This document shows positions 47,642 to 56,736 of a stretch of 64,000 nucleotides of DNA, in pieces. Positions within the stretch are counted from its first letter, which is position 1; each line of letters opens with the position of its first letter. The position numbers and the translations under genes were made by a program. Below the pieces are notes generated by a model, which saw nothing but the letters and a program-made list of their open reading frames with translations, made no database searches and had not been told where the DNA came from. Source of the stretch: an uncultured Actinomycetes bacterium. GTDB lineage: Bacteria; Actinomycetota; Thermoleophilia; Gaiellales; JAICJC01. The stretch covers positions 489 through 64,488 of the forward strand of contig CAWJLQ010000010.1 of NCBI GenBank assembly GCA_963843705.1, written 5' to 3'.

Positions 47642-48460
47642 ATGTTCGCGGTCGGCCTGCCGTTCATGGTCGTCGCGCACAACCGGGGCATGACGACCGG
47701 GAATGCGCTCGCTCCGATCGCCTGGATCACGGGCTTTTGGGCCGTCGGCGCGATCATCCGCGGCCGGCGGGTGCGGACGGCCGAGCTGGAGCTCCTGACC
47801 CGGGAGCTGGCCCGGTCGCGCGACCTGCAGGCGCAGGCCGCGGTGGCGCTCGAGCGCGGACGCATCGCCCGCGAGCTGCACGACGTCGTCGCCCACAACG
47901 TGTCGATGATGGTCGTCCAGGCTGGCGCCGCCGACCGCGTCCTCGAGGGCGACCAGCCGGACGTGCGCCACGCGCTGCGGGCGATCTCGAACACGGGGCG
48001 CGAGACGATCGACCAGATGCGCCTGCTGCTGGGCGTCCTGCGCCGCGAGGACGACCCGGCGCTCGGCCCCCAGCCGGGGCTGCGCGACCTCCCGGCGCTC
48101 GTCCGCAACGTGTCGCGCACCGACGTCCACGTCGACCTGCACGTCGAGGGGTCGCCCGTGCCGCTGCCGCCCGGTGTCGACCTGTCCGCCTACCGGATCG
48201 TGCAGGAGGCGCTCACGAACGTCCACAAGCACGCGCGCCCCGCGACCGCCGCGGTGACGGTGCGCTACGGCGCGGACGGCGTCGAGGTCGAGGTGCGCGA
48301 CGACGGCCGGGCGCGCGTCCCCGACGGCGGCTCGGGCAACGGCCTGATCGGCATGCGCGAACGCGTCGCCATGCTCGGCGGCCAGCTCGACGCCGGCCCG
48401 GGCGCGGCGGGCGGCTTCACGGTGCGTGCGCGGCTTCCGATCTCCCGGCCGGCGACGTGA
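47642..48460 (+). CDS. Sensor histidine kinase, HisKA_3 / NarL-partner type; N-terminal TM part appears split off in another frame
   Basis: ARELHDVVAHNVS H-box, EALTNVHKHA, GNGLIGMRERV. ATG 47642 overlaps the TGA of upstream fragment 47493..47642. Confidence 0.85.
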   Translation: MFAVGLPFMVVAHNRGMTTGNALAPIAWITGFWAVGAIIRGRRVRTAELELLTRELARSRDLQAQAAVALERGRIARELHDVVAHNVSMMVVQAGAADRVLEGDQPDVRHALRAISNTGRETIDQMRLLLGVLRREDDPALGPQPGLRDLPALVRNVSRTDVHVDLHVEGSPVPLPPGVDLSAYRIVQEALTNVHKHARPATAAVTVRYGADGVEVEVRDDGRARVPDGGSGNGLIGMRERVAMLGGQLDAGPGAAGGFTVRARLPISRPAT

Positions 48461-49104
48461 TCGACCTGCTCCTCGCCGACGACCAGCCGCTCGTGCGGGC
48501 GGGCCTGCGCCTCATCCTGAGCGCCGAGCCCGACCTGCGCGTCGTCGCCGAGGCCGGCGACGGGGGCGAGGCGGTGTCCGAGGCGGAGCGCACACACCCG
48601 CACGTGGCGCTGATGGACGTCCGCATGCCCGGGCTCGACGGCATCGCCGCGACCCGCGCGATCCTGGCCGCCGTCCCGGCGGTCCGCGTGCTCGTGCTGA
48701 CCACCTTCGATCTGGACGAGTACGTCATCGAGGCGTTCCGGGCCGGAGCGTCGGGGTTCCTGCTGAAGACCGCCCCGCCGGCGCAGCTGGTGGCCGCGGT
48801 GCACACGGTGCACGAGAGCGACGCGCTGCTGGCGCCGGCGAGCACCCGCCGGCTGATCGAGGAGCACAGGCAGCGCGGCGCGGAGCCGCCCGAGCTGGCC
48901 GCGCTCACCCCGCGGGAGCGCGTCGTGCTCGAGCTGCTCGCGCAGGGCGTGACGAACGCCGAGATCGCCGACGCGCTGGTGATCGAGCCCTCGACGGTCA
49001 AGTCGCACGTGGCCCGCGTGCTCGCGAAGCTCGGCCTGCGCGACCGTGTGCAGGCGGTCGTGTTCGCCTACGACCACGGGATCGTGCGCCCGGCCCGCCG
49101 CTGA
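48457..49104 (+). CDS. Response regulator, NarL/FixJ (LuxR HTH) family
   Basis: LLADDQPLVR...ALMDVRMPGLDG and TPRERVVLELLAQGVTNAEIA; GTGA overlap with the kinase. Confidence 0.92.
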   Translation: MIDLLLADDQPLVRAGLRLILSAEPDLRVVAEAGDGGEAVSEAERTHPHVALMDVRMPGLDGIAATRAILAAVPAVRVLVLTTFDLDEYVIEAFRAGASGFLLKTAPPAQLVAAVHTVHESDALLAPASTRRLIEEHRQRGAEPPELAALTPRERVVLELLAQGVTNAEIADALVIEPSTVKSHVARVLAKLGLRDRVQAVVFAYDHGIVRPARR

Positions 49105-49110
49105 CACGAC

Positions 49111-49124
49111 CGAACATATGTTCG
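49111..49124. promoter_or_regulatory. LexA SOS box (Cheo-type) CGAACATATGTTCG, next to -10-like TATGAT (49126-31)
   Basis: Perfect 14-bp palindrome matching CGAAC-N4-GTTCG. The -10 hexamer ends 6 nt before ATG 49138. Confidence 0.7.
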
Positions 49125-49137
49125 CTATGATCCGGGC

Positions 49138-50076
49138 ATGGACGAGGCGCAGCTGCCGCTCTTCCCCGAGCTCGACGGCATGGGCGACGGCCGCTCGCTG
49201 CGTGATGTCGAATACTTGCACGTCCGGGCGAAGCGCATCATCAACAGGGTGCCCGAGGCCTCGCGGATGCCGTTCCGCTTCACGATCAACGCCTACCGCG
49301 GCTGCTCGCACGCGTGCACGTACTGCTTCGCCCGGCCGACGCACGCCTTCCTGGGCATGGACACGGGCGAAGACTTCGAGCGCCGGATCGTCGTCAAGGT
49401 GAACGCGGCCGAGCGGCTCGCCGCCGAGCTGCGCGACCCGCGCTGGGGCGGCGAGCACATCGCGATGGGCACCAACACCGACCCCTACCAGCCCGCGGAG
49501 GGCCGCTACCGGCTCACCCGGCGGCTGGTCACGGAGCTCCTGCGGGCCGGGAACGAGTTCTCGATCCTGACGAAGTCCCCCATGATCCTGCGCGACGTGG
49601 ATGTGCTCGCCGAGGCGGCGCGGGCGGGGCTCGTGCGCTGCAACCTCTCGATCGGCACCCTCGACGAGGGCGTATGGCGGGCGAGCGAGCCGGGCACGCC
49701 GCCGCCGCGGCGGCGGGTCGAGGCGGTCGAGCGCCTGAACGCCGCCGGCATCCCCACCGGCGTCCTGATCGCGCCTGTCCTGCCCGGCATGTCGGACGCC
49801 CCTGGACAGCTGGCCGAGGTCGTCTCGGCCTGCGTCGACGCCGGCGCCGTCTCGGTCAGCCCCATCCTGCTGCACCTGCGGCCGGGTGTGCGCGAGGTGT
49901 TCATGCCCTGGCTCGAGGGCTACCGGCCCGACCTGGTCGCCCGCTACCGCGTGCTGTATCCGTCGTCCTACGCCTCACCCGGCGCCCGGGCGCGGCTCGC
50001 ACAGGCCGTCGACGACATCGTCGACCGGGTCGGAGGGGTCGCCGTCCCGCCGTCGCGCACCCGCGACGCGGCCTGA
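49138..50076 (+). CDS. Radical SAM protein (SplB-like / DNA repair photolyase-type COG1533 family)
   Basis: YRGCSHACTYCFAR CxxxCxxC motif; 312 aa. Confidence 0.85.
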   Translation: MDEAQLPLFPELDGMGDGRSLRDVEYLHVRAKRIINRVPEASRMPFRFTINAYRGCSHACTYCFARPTHAFLGMDTGEDFERRIVVKVNAAERLAAELRDPRWGGEHIAMGTNTDPYQPAEGRYRLTRRLVTELLRAGNEFSILTKSPMILRDVDVLAEAARAGLVRCNLSIGTLDEGVWRASEPGTPPPRRRVEAVERLNAAGIPTGVLIAPVLPGMSDAPGQLAEVVSACVDAGAVSVSPILLHLRPGVREVFMPWLEGYRPDLVARYRVLYPSSYASPGARARLAQAVDDIVDRVGGVAVPPSRTRDAA

Positions 50077-50104
50077 GTCCGCCCGATCCCGCCCTCCTAC
50101 GTGC

Positions 50105-50455
50105 TCAGTGCACGTGCCGGCGCAGCGTGCCCAGCCGGTCCCACACGGTGCGCGGGCGGTGGCGGCGGCCGGACGGCTCGAGCAGGAAACGGGCGAGGCG
50201 GTCGGCCTCGGCCTCGTCGAGCGAGATGGCGGCCTCGGCCACGCCGTCGTCGTCCCAGACGCTGAAGCGGACGTGGCGTTCGTCCGCGCGCGCGCCCAGG
50301 TAGCGGGAGACACGCAGCGCCCGGCCGTGGTCGGACTCGACGTCCGGGTGGGGGCGGAAGAACTCGACCAGCTTGGACCGCAGCGGCGAGGCGCACCATG
50401 GACAGAACCGGTACCGACCGTCGATGCGGTTTCCACACCGCCCGCACGCCTGCAT
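50105..50455 (-). CDS. Zinc-ribbon hypothetical protein
   Basis: MQACGRCGNRIDGRYRFCPWC N-terminal ribbon. Confidence 0.55.
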   Translation of the reverse strand: MQACGRCGNRIDGRYRFCPWCASPLRSKLVEFFRPHPDVESDHGRALRVSRYLGARADERHVRFSVWDDDGVAEAAISLDEAEADRLARFLLEPSGRRHRPRTVWDRLGTLRRHVH

Positions 50456-50512
50456 GCGTCACTCCTCGTCGACCCTCCGAGCATAGAGCCCGGGTGGCGG
50501 CGATGCTAGGGC

Positions 50513-50929
50513 TCAGGTGCGGCGGATGACGCGGGCGATGCCCTCGTCGCGCAGGCTCACGAGCTCGCGCAGGTGCGCTCGGGCGACCGACGCGGCGGCA
50601 GCGGCGGCGGCCACCGCCAGCGCCAGCCACGCGAGCTTGACGGCCGCCGACGGCGTCTCGCCGGCGATGACGGCGGGGAAGCGCAGGCTGGTGCCGGCGA
50701 GCGTGAGCAGCGCGGCGACGGTGCACGCGCCGAGCTCGAAGACGGCCCACTCGTGTGGATCGTCGACGACGGCCAGATAGGCGGCGAACGCAGCGCCCAG
50801 GAGGACGGCAACGGCCATCAGCGACACGTAGAAGCCGATCAGAGTGGGTACCGTGGCGGCCGCCACCGCGGCGAGCGCGGCGCAGGCGGCGACGCGGGCT
50901 GGTGTGATCTGGCGGCGCAGGCGGGGCAT
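50513..50929 (-). CDS. Membrane protein (4 TM), unknown function
   Basis: 138-aa ORF with alternating hydrophobic helices. Confidence 0.5.
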   Translation of the reverse strand: MPRLRRQITPARVAACAALAAVAAATVPTLIGFYVSLMAVAVLLGAAFAAYLAVVDDPHEWAVFELGACTVAALLTLAGTSLRFPAVIAGETPSAAVKLAWLALAVAAAAAAASVARAHLRELVSLRDEGIARVIRRT

Positions 50930-51012
50930 CTCCCCGGTGTGTTCTCGACCGGCCGAGCGAGTCCTTCTCGGCTATCTTCTGCACCGTCCTTGCGACCCAC
51001 GAAGGAGCCCCA

Positions 51013-51732
51013 ATGCCTCTCGGTAACGGCGTCAAGCTCACCTGGTTCGGCCACGCGACGTTCCGGCTCGAAACGCCGGGCGGCAAGCGCGTCATGATCG
51101 ACCCCTGGATCACCGGGAACCCGAAGTGTCCGGAGGCGTTGCAGGATCCGGGCGACCTCGACCTCATCCTCCTGAGCCACGGCCACGGCGACCACACGGC
51201 CGACGCCGCCCGGCTGGCGAAGGAGAAGGGCGCGACCGTGCTCGGCATGGTCGAGTTGGCCGACTGGATCGAGCACCAGGGCGTCGAGAACGCGGTCGGC
51301 TTCAACAAGGGCGGCTCGCACACGGCCGCGGGGATCAGGGTCACGCTCGTGGACGCCCACCACTCCTCCAGCGTCGAGGGTGACGGCGGCCCGATCTACA
51401 CCGGCGAGCCCGCCGGCCTGATCATCACGCTCGAGAACGGCTTCAAGATCTACTTCGCGGGCGACACGTGCGTGTTCGGGGACATGGCGCTGATCGGCGA
51501 GCTCTACGCGCCCGACCTGGCCATGCTCCCGATCGGCGACTTCTTCACGATGGGGCCGTTCGAGGCGGCGAAGGCCGTCGAGCTGCTGGGTGTGAAGCGC
51601 GTGCTCGGCATGCACTACGGCACCTTCGACCTGCTCGACGGAACGCCGCAGGCCCTACGCGACGAGCTCGGCAAGCGCGGGCTCTCCGATGTCGTGGTGG
51701 AGGAGCTCACCCCCGGGGACACGCTCGAGTGA
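51013..51732 (+). CDS. UPF0173-type metal-dependent hydrolase (MBL fold)
   Basis: LTWFGHATF, LLSHGHGDH, FAGDT; SD GAAGGAG. Confidence 0.85.
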   Translation: MPLGNGVKLTWFGHATFRLETPGGKRVMIDPWITGNPKCPEALQDPGDLDLILLSHGHGDHTADAARLAKEKGATVLGMVELADWIEHQGVENAVGFNKGGSHTAAGIRVTLVDAHHSSSVEGDGGPIYTGEPAGLIITLENGFKIYFAGDTCVFGDMALIGELYAPDLAMLPIGDFFTMGPFEAAKAVELLGVKRVLGMHYGTFDLLDGTPQALRDELGKRGLSDVVVEELTPGDTLE

Positions 51733-52550
51733 CCTTCTCGCTGGTCGCGTTCGACCGCGCGTCGGGACAGCACGGCGTCGTCGTGGCGTCGAAGTTCCTC
51801 GCCGTCGGGGCGGTCGTGCCCTGGGCTCGGGCCGAGGCCGGAGCCGTCGCCACGCAGGCGTTCGCGAACATCACCTACGGGCCGGACGGGCTCGACCTGC
51901 TCGCGGGGGGCGCGAGCGCGCAGGAGACGCTCGACCGGCTCCAGGCCGGCGACCCGGAGTACGAGCAGCGCCAGATCGGCATCGTCGACGCCACGGGCGC
52001 GAGCGCCGGCTACACCGGCCCCGGCTGCTTCGAGTGGGCCGGCGACCGCACCGGCGACGGCTACGCCGCCCAGGGCAACCTGCTCGCCGGGCCGGAGGTC
52101 GTCGAGGCGCTCGCCGCGACGTTCGAAGCGACCGAAGGGCCGCTGGTGGAGCGCATGCTGGCCGCGCTCGCGGCCGGCGACGAGGCCGGCGGCGACCGCC
52201 GCGGACGCCAGTCGGCGGCCGTCATCGTGCGCCAGACGGGCGGCGGCTACGGGGGCAACAACGACCTGCTGATCGACCTGCGCGTCGACGACCATCCCGA
52301 CCCGGTGACCGAGCTACAGCGCCTGTACGCGATCCAGGACCTGCTCTTCGGGACGACGCCCGACGACCGGCTGATCCCGATCGAACAGGTGCAGGCCGAG
52401 CTGGCCGAGCTGCTCGGCAAGGTCGGCTACGAGGGCGACGTCGACACCGGCCTGCGCCACTGGGCGGGGATGGAGAACCTCGAGGAGCGGCTCTATGACG
52501 GCCGCGTCGACCCGGTCGTCCTGCGCGAGCTGCGCCGCCGGGCGGAGTGA
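51729..52550 (+). CDS. DUF1028 (Ntn-hydrolase-like) protein with C-terminal PG-binding-like tail
   Basis: VTFSLVAFD...GAVATQA...GDRRGRQSAA; GTGA overlap upstream. Confidence 0.8.
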   Translation: MTFSLVAFDRASGQHGVVVASKFLAVGAVVPWARAEAGAVATQAFANITYGPDGLDLLAGGASAQETLDRLQAGDPEYEQRQIGIVDATGASAGYTGPGCFEWAGDRTGDGYAAQGNLLAGPEVVEALAATFEATEGPLVERMLAALAAGDEAGGDRRGRQSAAVIVRQTGGGYGGNNDLLIDLRVDDHPDPVTELQRLYAIQDLLFGTTPDDRLIPIEQVQAELAELLGKVGYEGDVDTGLRHWAGMENLEERLYDGRVDPVVLRELRRRAE

Positions 52551-52592
52551 GCGGCGGACGGTCCGCCAAGGGGCCCGGCCCCGGTGGCGGGG

Positions 52593-53702
52593 CTACCGCA
52601 CGCTGAGCCGGTGCTCGATGCGCAGGGCGCCCGAGCGCGGCTGAAGGGCGCCGGGCAGGGCGGCCGCCACCTCGGCGATCGCCCGCGCCGACGGCGCATC
52701 CGCGTCGGAGAGCACCAGCGGCCGGCCCTCGTCGGCGGCGATCCGCAGCGGCTCGTCGAGCGGCACCTCGCCCAGCAGGGGCACGCCGAGCCGCGCCGCC
52801 AGCTCGCGACCGCCTCCCTGCCCGAACGGGTGCGACGCCTCGCCGCAGCACGGGCAGATCACCGCGCTCATGTTCTCGATCACGCCGGCCACGTGCATCC
52901 CGGTCTTCGCGGCCACCTCGGCCGAGCGCTCCGCCACCTGCTGCGCGGCCGGCTGCGGCGTCGTCACGATGACGACGTCGGGGGACGGCAGCAGCTGGCC
53001 GAGCGAGATCGAGACGTCGCCCGTGCCGGGCGGCATGTCGACGACGAGGTAGTCGAGCTCGCCCCAGTGGACGTCGGTCAGGAACTGCTCGAGCGCCTTG
53101 TGCAGCATCGGTCCGCGCCAGACGACCGCCTGGTCGGGCTCGAGGAAGAAGCCGATCGACATGATCCGGATGCCGTGGTTCACCGGCGGCACGATCATGC
53201 TGTCGACCACCACCGGCCGGCGGGTGATCCCGAGCATGCGCGGGATCGAGTAGCCGTAGATGTCGGCGTCGACGACGCCCACCTCGGCCCCACCTGCAGC
53301 GAGCGCCGCCGCCAGGTTCGCGGTCAGGGTCGATTTGCCGACGCCGCCCTTGCCGGAGGCGACCGCCACCACGCGCGTGCGCTTGGAGAGCGAGATCTGC
53401 TTCGCCTCTCCGGCGGCACCGCCGTGGAGGCGCTGGCGCAGCGCGGCCTTCTGCTCGGGCGTCATCACGTCGAAGCTCACCGAGACGGCGGAGACGCCGT
53501 CCACCGCCCCGACGTGGCGGCGCACCTGCGACTCGAGCTCGGCCTTCATCGGGCAGCCGGCCACGGTGAGCGCGATCGTGACGTCGACGTCGGCGCCGCG
53601 CACGTCCACGCGGCGCACCATGTCGAGCTCCACCACGCTGCGGCGCAGCTCCGGGTCGATCACCTGCACGAGCGCCTCGCGGATCGCGGATTCGGAAACC
53701 AT
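52593..53702 (-). CDS. Fe-S cluster carrier ATPase Mrp/ApbC (N-terminal DUF59)
   Basis: VIDPEL...VAVASGKGGVGKST and the CPCCGE region. Confidence 0.92.
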   Translation of the reverse strand: MVSESAIREALVQVIDPELRRSVVELDMVRRVDVRGADVDVTIALTVAGCPMKAELESQVRRHVGAVDGVSAVSVSFDVMTPEQKAALRQRLHGGAAGEAKQISLSKRTRVVAVASGKGGVGKSTLTANLAAALAAGGAEVGVVDADIYGYSIPRMLGITRRPVVVDSMIVPPVNHGIRIMSIGFFLEPDQAVVWRGPMLHKALEQFLTDVHWGELDYLVVDMPPGTGDVSISLGQLLPSPDVVIVTTPQPAAQQVAERSAEVAAKTGMHVAGVIENMSAVICPCCGEASHPFGQGGGRELAARLGVPLLGEVPLDEPLRIAADEGRPLVLSDADAPSARAIAEVAAALPGALQPRSGALRIEHRLSVR

Positions 53703-53737
53703 GCCTGCAGTCTAGATGCCCACCCGCGCGACCCGGG

Positions 53738-54553
53738 TCACGCGGGCTCGCCGGCGTAGACCAGGTCGGCGAGCCGCGTGCTCATCGACCGGTCGCGGGC
53801 GGCCACCGCCCGGGTGCGGGAGTGCAGGTCGAGCGGCAGGGCGGGGTCGTCGACGAGCAGGACGTCGGCGCCGGCCTCGCGCACGATCAGCCACGCGGCG
53901 GCCAGGTCGACCGAGCGCGACGGCTTCAGGGTCGCCACGCCGTCGACGCGGCCGTCCGCCAGCTGGCACATGGCGAGCGCGAGCGCCCCCAGCATCCGGA
54001 TCCGCCCCACGCTGCCGTCGAGGCGTGCGGCGGCGGTGGCGACGAGCGCGGCGTTCGTCGCCTCGAAGTCGACGATGCCGAGCCGGTCCTTCGGGCGCAC
54101 GCCGCCAAGCGGGCGCCCGTTCACCGCCGCCCCCTGGCCGGCCTCGGCCACCCACTCCTCGCCGCTGCCGAAGTCGCGCACGAAGCCGAAGCGGACGTCC
54201 GCGATCGTCGGGCCGTCGGCGAACGCGATCGAGAGGCAGTAGAACGGCAGCCGCCGCTTCGCATTCAGCGACCCGTCGATCGGGTCGACGACCACCACCC
54301 ACGGGCCGCCCGTCCCGAACGAGCGCTCGCCGAGCTCCTCCGAGACGAGCCGGAAGTCGATCCCGCGGGCGTGCAGCGCCTCGAGCTGGGCGACGGCAGC
54401 GCGCTCGGCCCGGTCATCCATCACGGTGGTGTCGTCGCCGCCGCTGCCACGGCCGACGACGGGCTCGCGGTCGTCCCGGGTGGGCATGCCCTCGAGCGCG
54501 GACTCAACGTCCGCCGACACCCTTCGGCAGAAGTCGAGCCAGTCCGCGCGCAT
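53738..54553 (-). CDS. Inositol monophosphatase / FBPase family protein
   Basis: WVVVVDPIDGSLN and the WLIVREAG region. Confidence 0.85.
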   Translation of the reverse strand: MRADWLDFCRRVSADVESALEGMPTRDDREPVVGRGSGGDDTTVMDDRAERAAVAQLEALHARGIDFRLVSEELGERSFGTGGPWVVVVDPIDGSLNAKRRLPFYCLSIAFADGPTIADVRFGFVRDFGSGEEWVAEAGQGAAVNGRPLGGVRPKDRLGIVDFEATNAALVATAAARLDGSVGRIRMLGALALAMCQLADGRVDGVATLKPSRSVDLAAAWLIVREAGADVLLVDDPALPLDLHSRTRAVAARDRSMSTRLADLVYAGEPA

Positions 54554-55842
54554 CAGGCGTCCAGGGGATTGATCAGGAAGCCGCAGTGCAGCTTCGGGAA
54601 GAAGTAGGTCGACTTCTGCGGCATGACCGCTCCGGCCGCCGCGACGGCCTGCACCTGCTCCACCGTCGGCGGCCGCAGGAGGAACGCCGCCGAGGCGTCG
54701 CCGCGGTCGACCGGCGCCGTCGCAGCGCCGAGCTCGCGCACGTACCGGATGCTGTCGGTGGTCGCGAACTGCGCCGGGTCGAGCAGGCCCAGGAGCGGCG
54801 CGAGGACGACCGCCTCGAGCACGGCCGAGTCGATCTGCCGCACCGGCGCCGGCGCGCCCATCATCGCCATGCTGACCGCGCCGCGGTCGCGCAGCGTGCA
54901 CAGCAGCGCGGGCCGGCCGCCGCCGCGCCACACGGCGAAGGCGATCGTCTGCGCCGGCACCTCGTGCAGCGCCGCCTCGACCTGGGCCGGCGGGGCGTCG
55001 AGCTCGCGCACGTCGAAGGCGTGCAGCACCTCGTCGGTCACCTGGCGGCTGCCCATGACGACCCGGTGGGTGGGGTAGATCACGAGCCCCTCGCCGTGCA
55101 GGTTCACGAGGTGCATGAGGATGAAGTCGTAGGGCTGATCCCCCTCGGGGTGGCCGTCGCGCTCGCGCCGCTCGCCGCGGTAGGCGAGGGCGGTCTCGTA
55201 GCGGTGGTGGCCGTCGGCGATCACGATCGGGCGGCCGGCCATCGCCTCCTGCACCGCCGCGATCGCCGCGGCGTCGGTCACCGGCCAGAAGCGGTGCGTC
55301 GTGCCGTCGGCATCCTTCATCTGCATCGCCGGAGCGCCGTCCGCCAGCGGCCGCAGGGCCTCACCGGGGGTGCCGTCCGGGTCGTCGTAGAGGCCGAAGA
55401 CGGGCGAGAGGTTCGCGGCCACGGCCCGGGTCAGCTCGAGCCGGTCGGCCCGCGCGGAGGCGTGCGTCATCTCGTGGGGGCGCACCCGGCCTTCGGAGTA
55501 GTCCGACAGCCGCACGGCGGACAGGAACCCCGACCGGCTGCCCTCGGCGCCGTCGGGGCCGACGTAGTCCTGGACGTGCCACCAGAGCGTGGGCCGGGCG
55601 TCCTGCCGGAGGATGCCGGCGCGCCGCCACTCGTGCAGGAGACGGCCGGCGCGGCTGGGCGAGTCGGGCAGCACCAGGTGCACGGCGGAGTACTCGCTCC
55701 TGGCCGCGTAGCGCTCGCGGTCGGACGGTGCGATCACGTCGTAGGGGGGCACGACGACGTCGTCGAGGCGGACGCGCTCGGAGTCGTAGCGCAGCGCCTG
55801 GAGCGGTCGCAGCGCTGCGCGCGTCGCGGGGGTCGATGCCAT
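54553..55842 (-). CDS. DUF1015 family protein
   Basis: PPYDVI, IADGHHRYETA, MPQKSTYFFPK. Confidence 0.85.
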   Translation of the reverse strand: MASTPATRAALRPLQALRYDSERVRLDDVVVPPYDVIAPSDRERYAARSEYSAVHLVLPDSPSRAGRLLHEWRRAGILRQDARPTLWWHVQDYVGPDGAEGSRSGFLSAVRLSDYSEGRVRPHEMTHASARADRLELTRAVAANLSPVFGLYDDPDGTPGEALRPLADGAPAMQMKDADGTTHRFWPVTDAAAIAAVQEAMAGRPIVIADGHHRYETALAYRGERRERDGHPEGDQPYDFILMHLVNLHGEGLVIYPTHRVVMGSRQVTDEVLHAFDVRELDAPPAQVEAALHEVPAQTIAFAVWRGGGRPALLCTLRDRGAVSMAMMGAPAPVRQIDSAVLEAVVLAPLLGLLDPAQFATTDSIRYVRELGAATAPVDRGDASAAFLLRPPTVEQVQAVAAAGAVMPQKSTYFFPKLHCGFLINPLDA

Positions 55843-55923
55843 CCGCGGCAGTCTAGTGGGGTCGCTGGCGGCCCCCGGCAGGCCCGGTTGACATACCCGC
55901 TGCAACCAGGTACCTTGTACTGC

Positions 55924-56271
55924 ATGGTAGATGTCCGGGATGCGGCGATCTCACAGCTGCGGCGGGGCGCGATCGAGCTCTGCGTGCTCGCGCTCCTGCG
56001 CGACGGCGAGCGCTACGGGTTCGAGCTGGTGCGCACGCTCGCGACGGTCGACGGGATGGTCACGACCGAGGGGACGCTCTACCCGCTGCTGGGACGGCTG
56101 CGGCGCGAGGGCGTGGTCGAGACCACATGGCGCGAGTCGCCCTCGGGCCCACCCCGGCGCTACTACCGGCTCACCGCCGACGGACGCCGCGCGCTCGACG
56201 CGTTCATCCAGGAGTGGCGCCGCTTCCGCGACGGCGTCGACACGGTCCTCGGGATTGGAGACCGACCATGA
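55924..56271 (+). CDS. PadR family transcriptional regulator
   Basis: LCVLALLRDGERYGFELV...GTLYPLLGRLRREG. Confidence 0.88.
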   Translation: MVDVRDAAISQLRRGAIELCVLALLRDGERYGFELVRTLATVDGMVTTEGTLYPLLGRLRREGVVETTWRESPSGPPRRYYRLTADGRRALDAFIQEWRRFRDGVDTVLGIGDRP

Positions 56272-56719
56272 CCACGCCTCCTCTGCACCCACTCGCCAAA
56301 GCCGCCCCGGCCGGTGCGACCGACGCCGAGGCGCGCACGGCGCTCGACCGCCTGGGCGACCCCGACCAGATCGTCGCCGCCGAGCGCGCGGACGGCGGCG
56401 AGCGACGCCGGCGCGGCCGGCTCGAGGGGGGTGCGATCACGCTGCTCCTGGCCGGAGGCGTCGTCATCCCCGTGGCCGGCTGGTTCGTGGGGGCGCTGTT
56501 CCTGTGGGTCTCGCGCGCCTGGACGCTGCGCGACAAGCTGATCGGAACGCTGACCCGCACCAGAAGTGCGTGACCCAGCCCAATGGTCTCCGCACCTGCC
56601 ACGTCGCGTTCGGGAGCGCGGGCGCCCTGCTGGTCACGCTCCTGATCGTCGTCCTCGTGCTCCCGCTGCTCACCTCGCTCTACCTCGCCCGGCGGGCGGA
56701 CTCGCTGCCCGCCGCCTGA
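56268..56719 (+). pseudogene. PadR-associated membrane protein, apparently split by a 1-nt deletion in a C run (56554-56)
   Basis: The ATG overlaps the padR TGA. The frame stops at 56573, but the last TM (GALLVTLLIVVLVLPLLTSLYL) continues in the -1 frame to 56719. Confidence 0.5.
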
Positions 56720-56736
56720 CCCCCCGTCCCGATACA

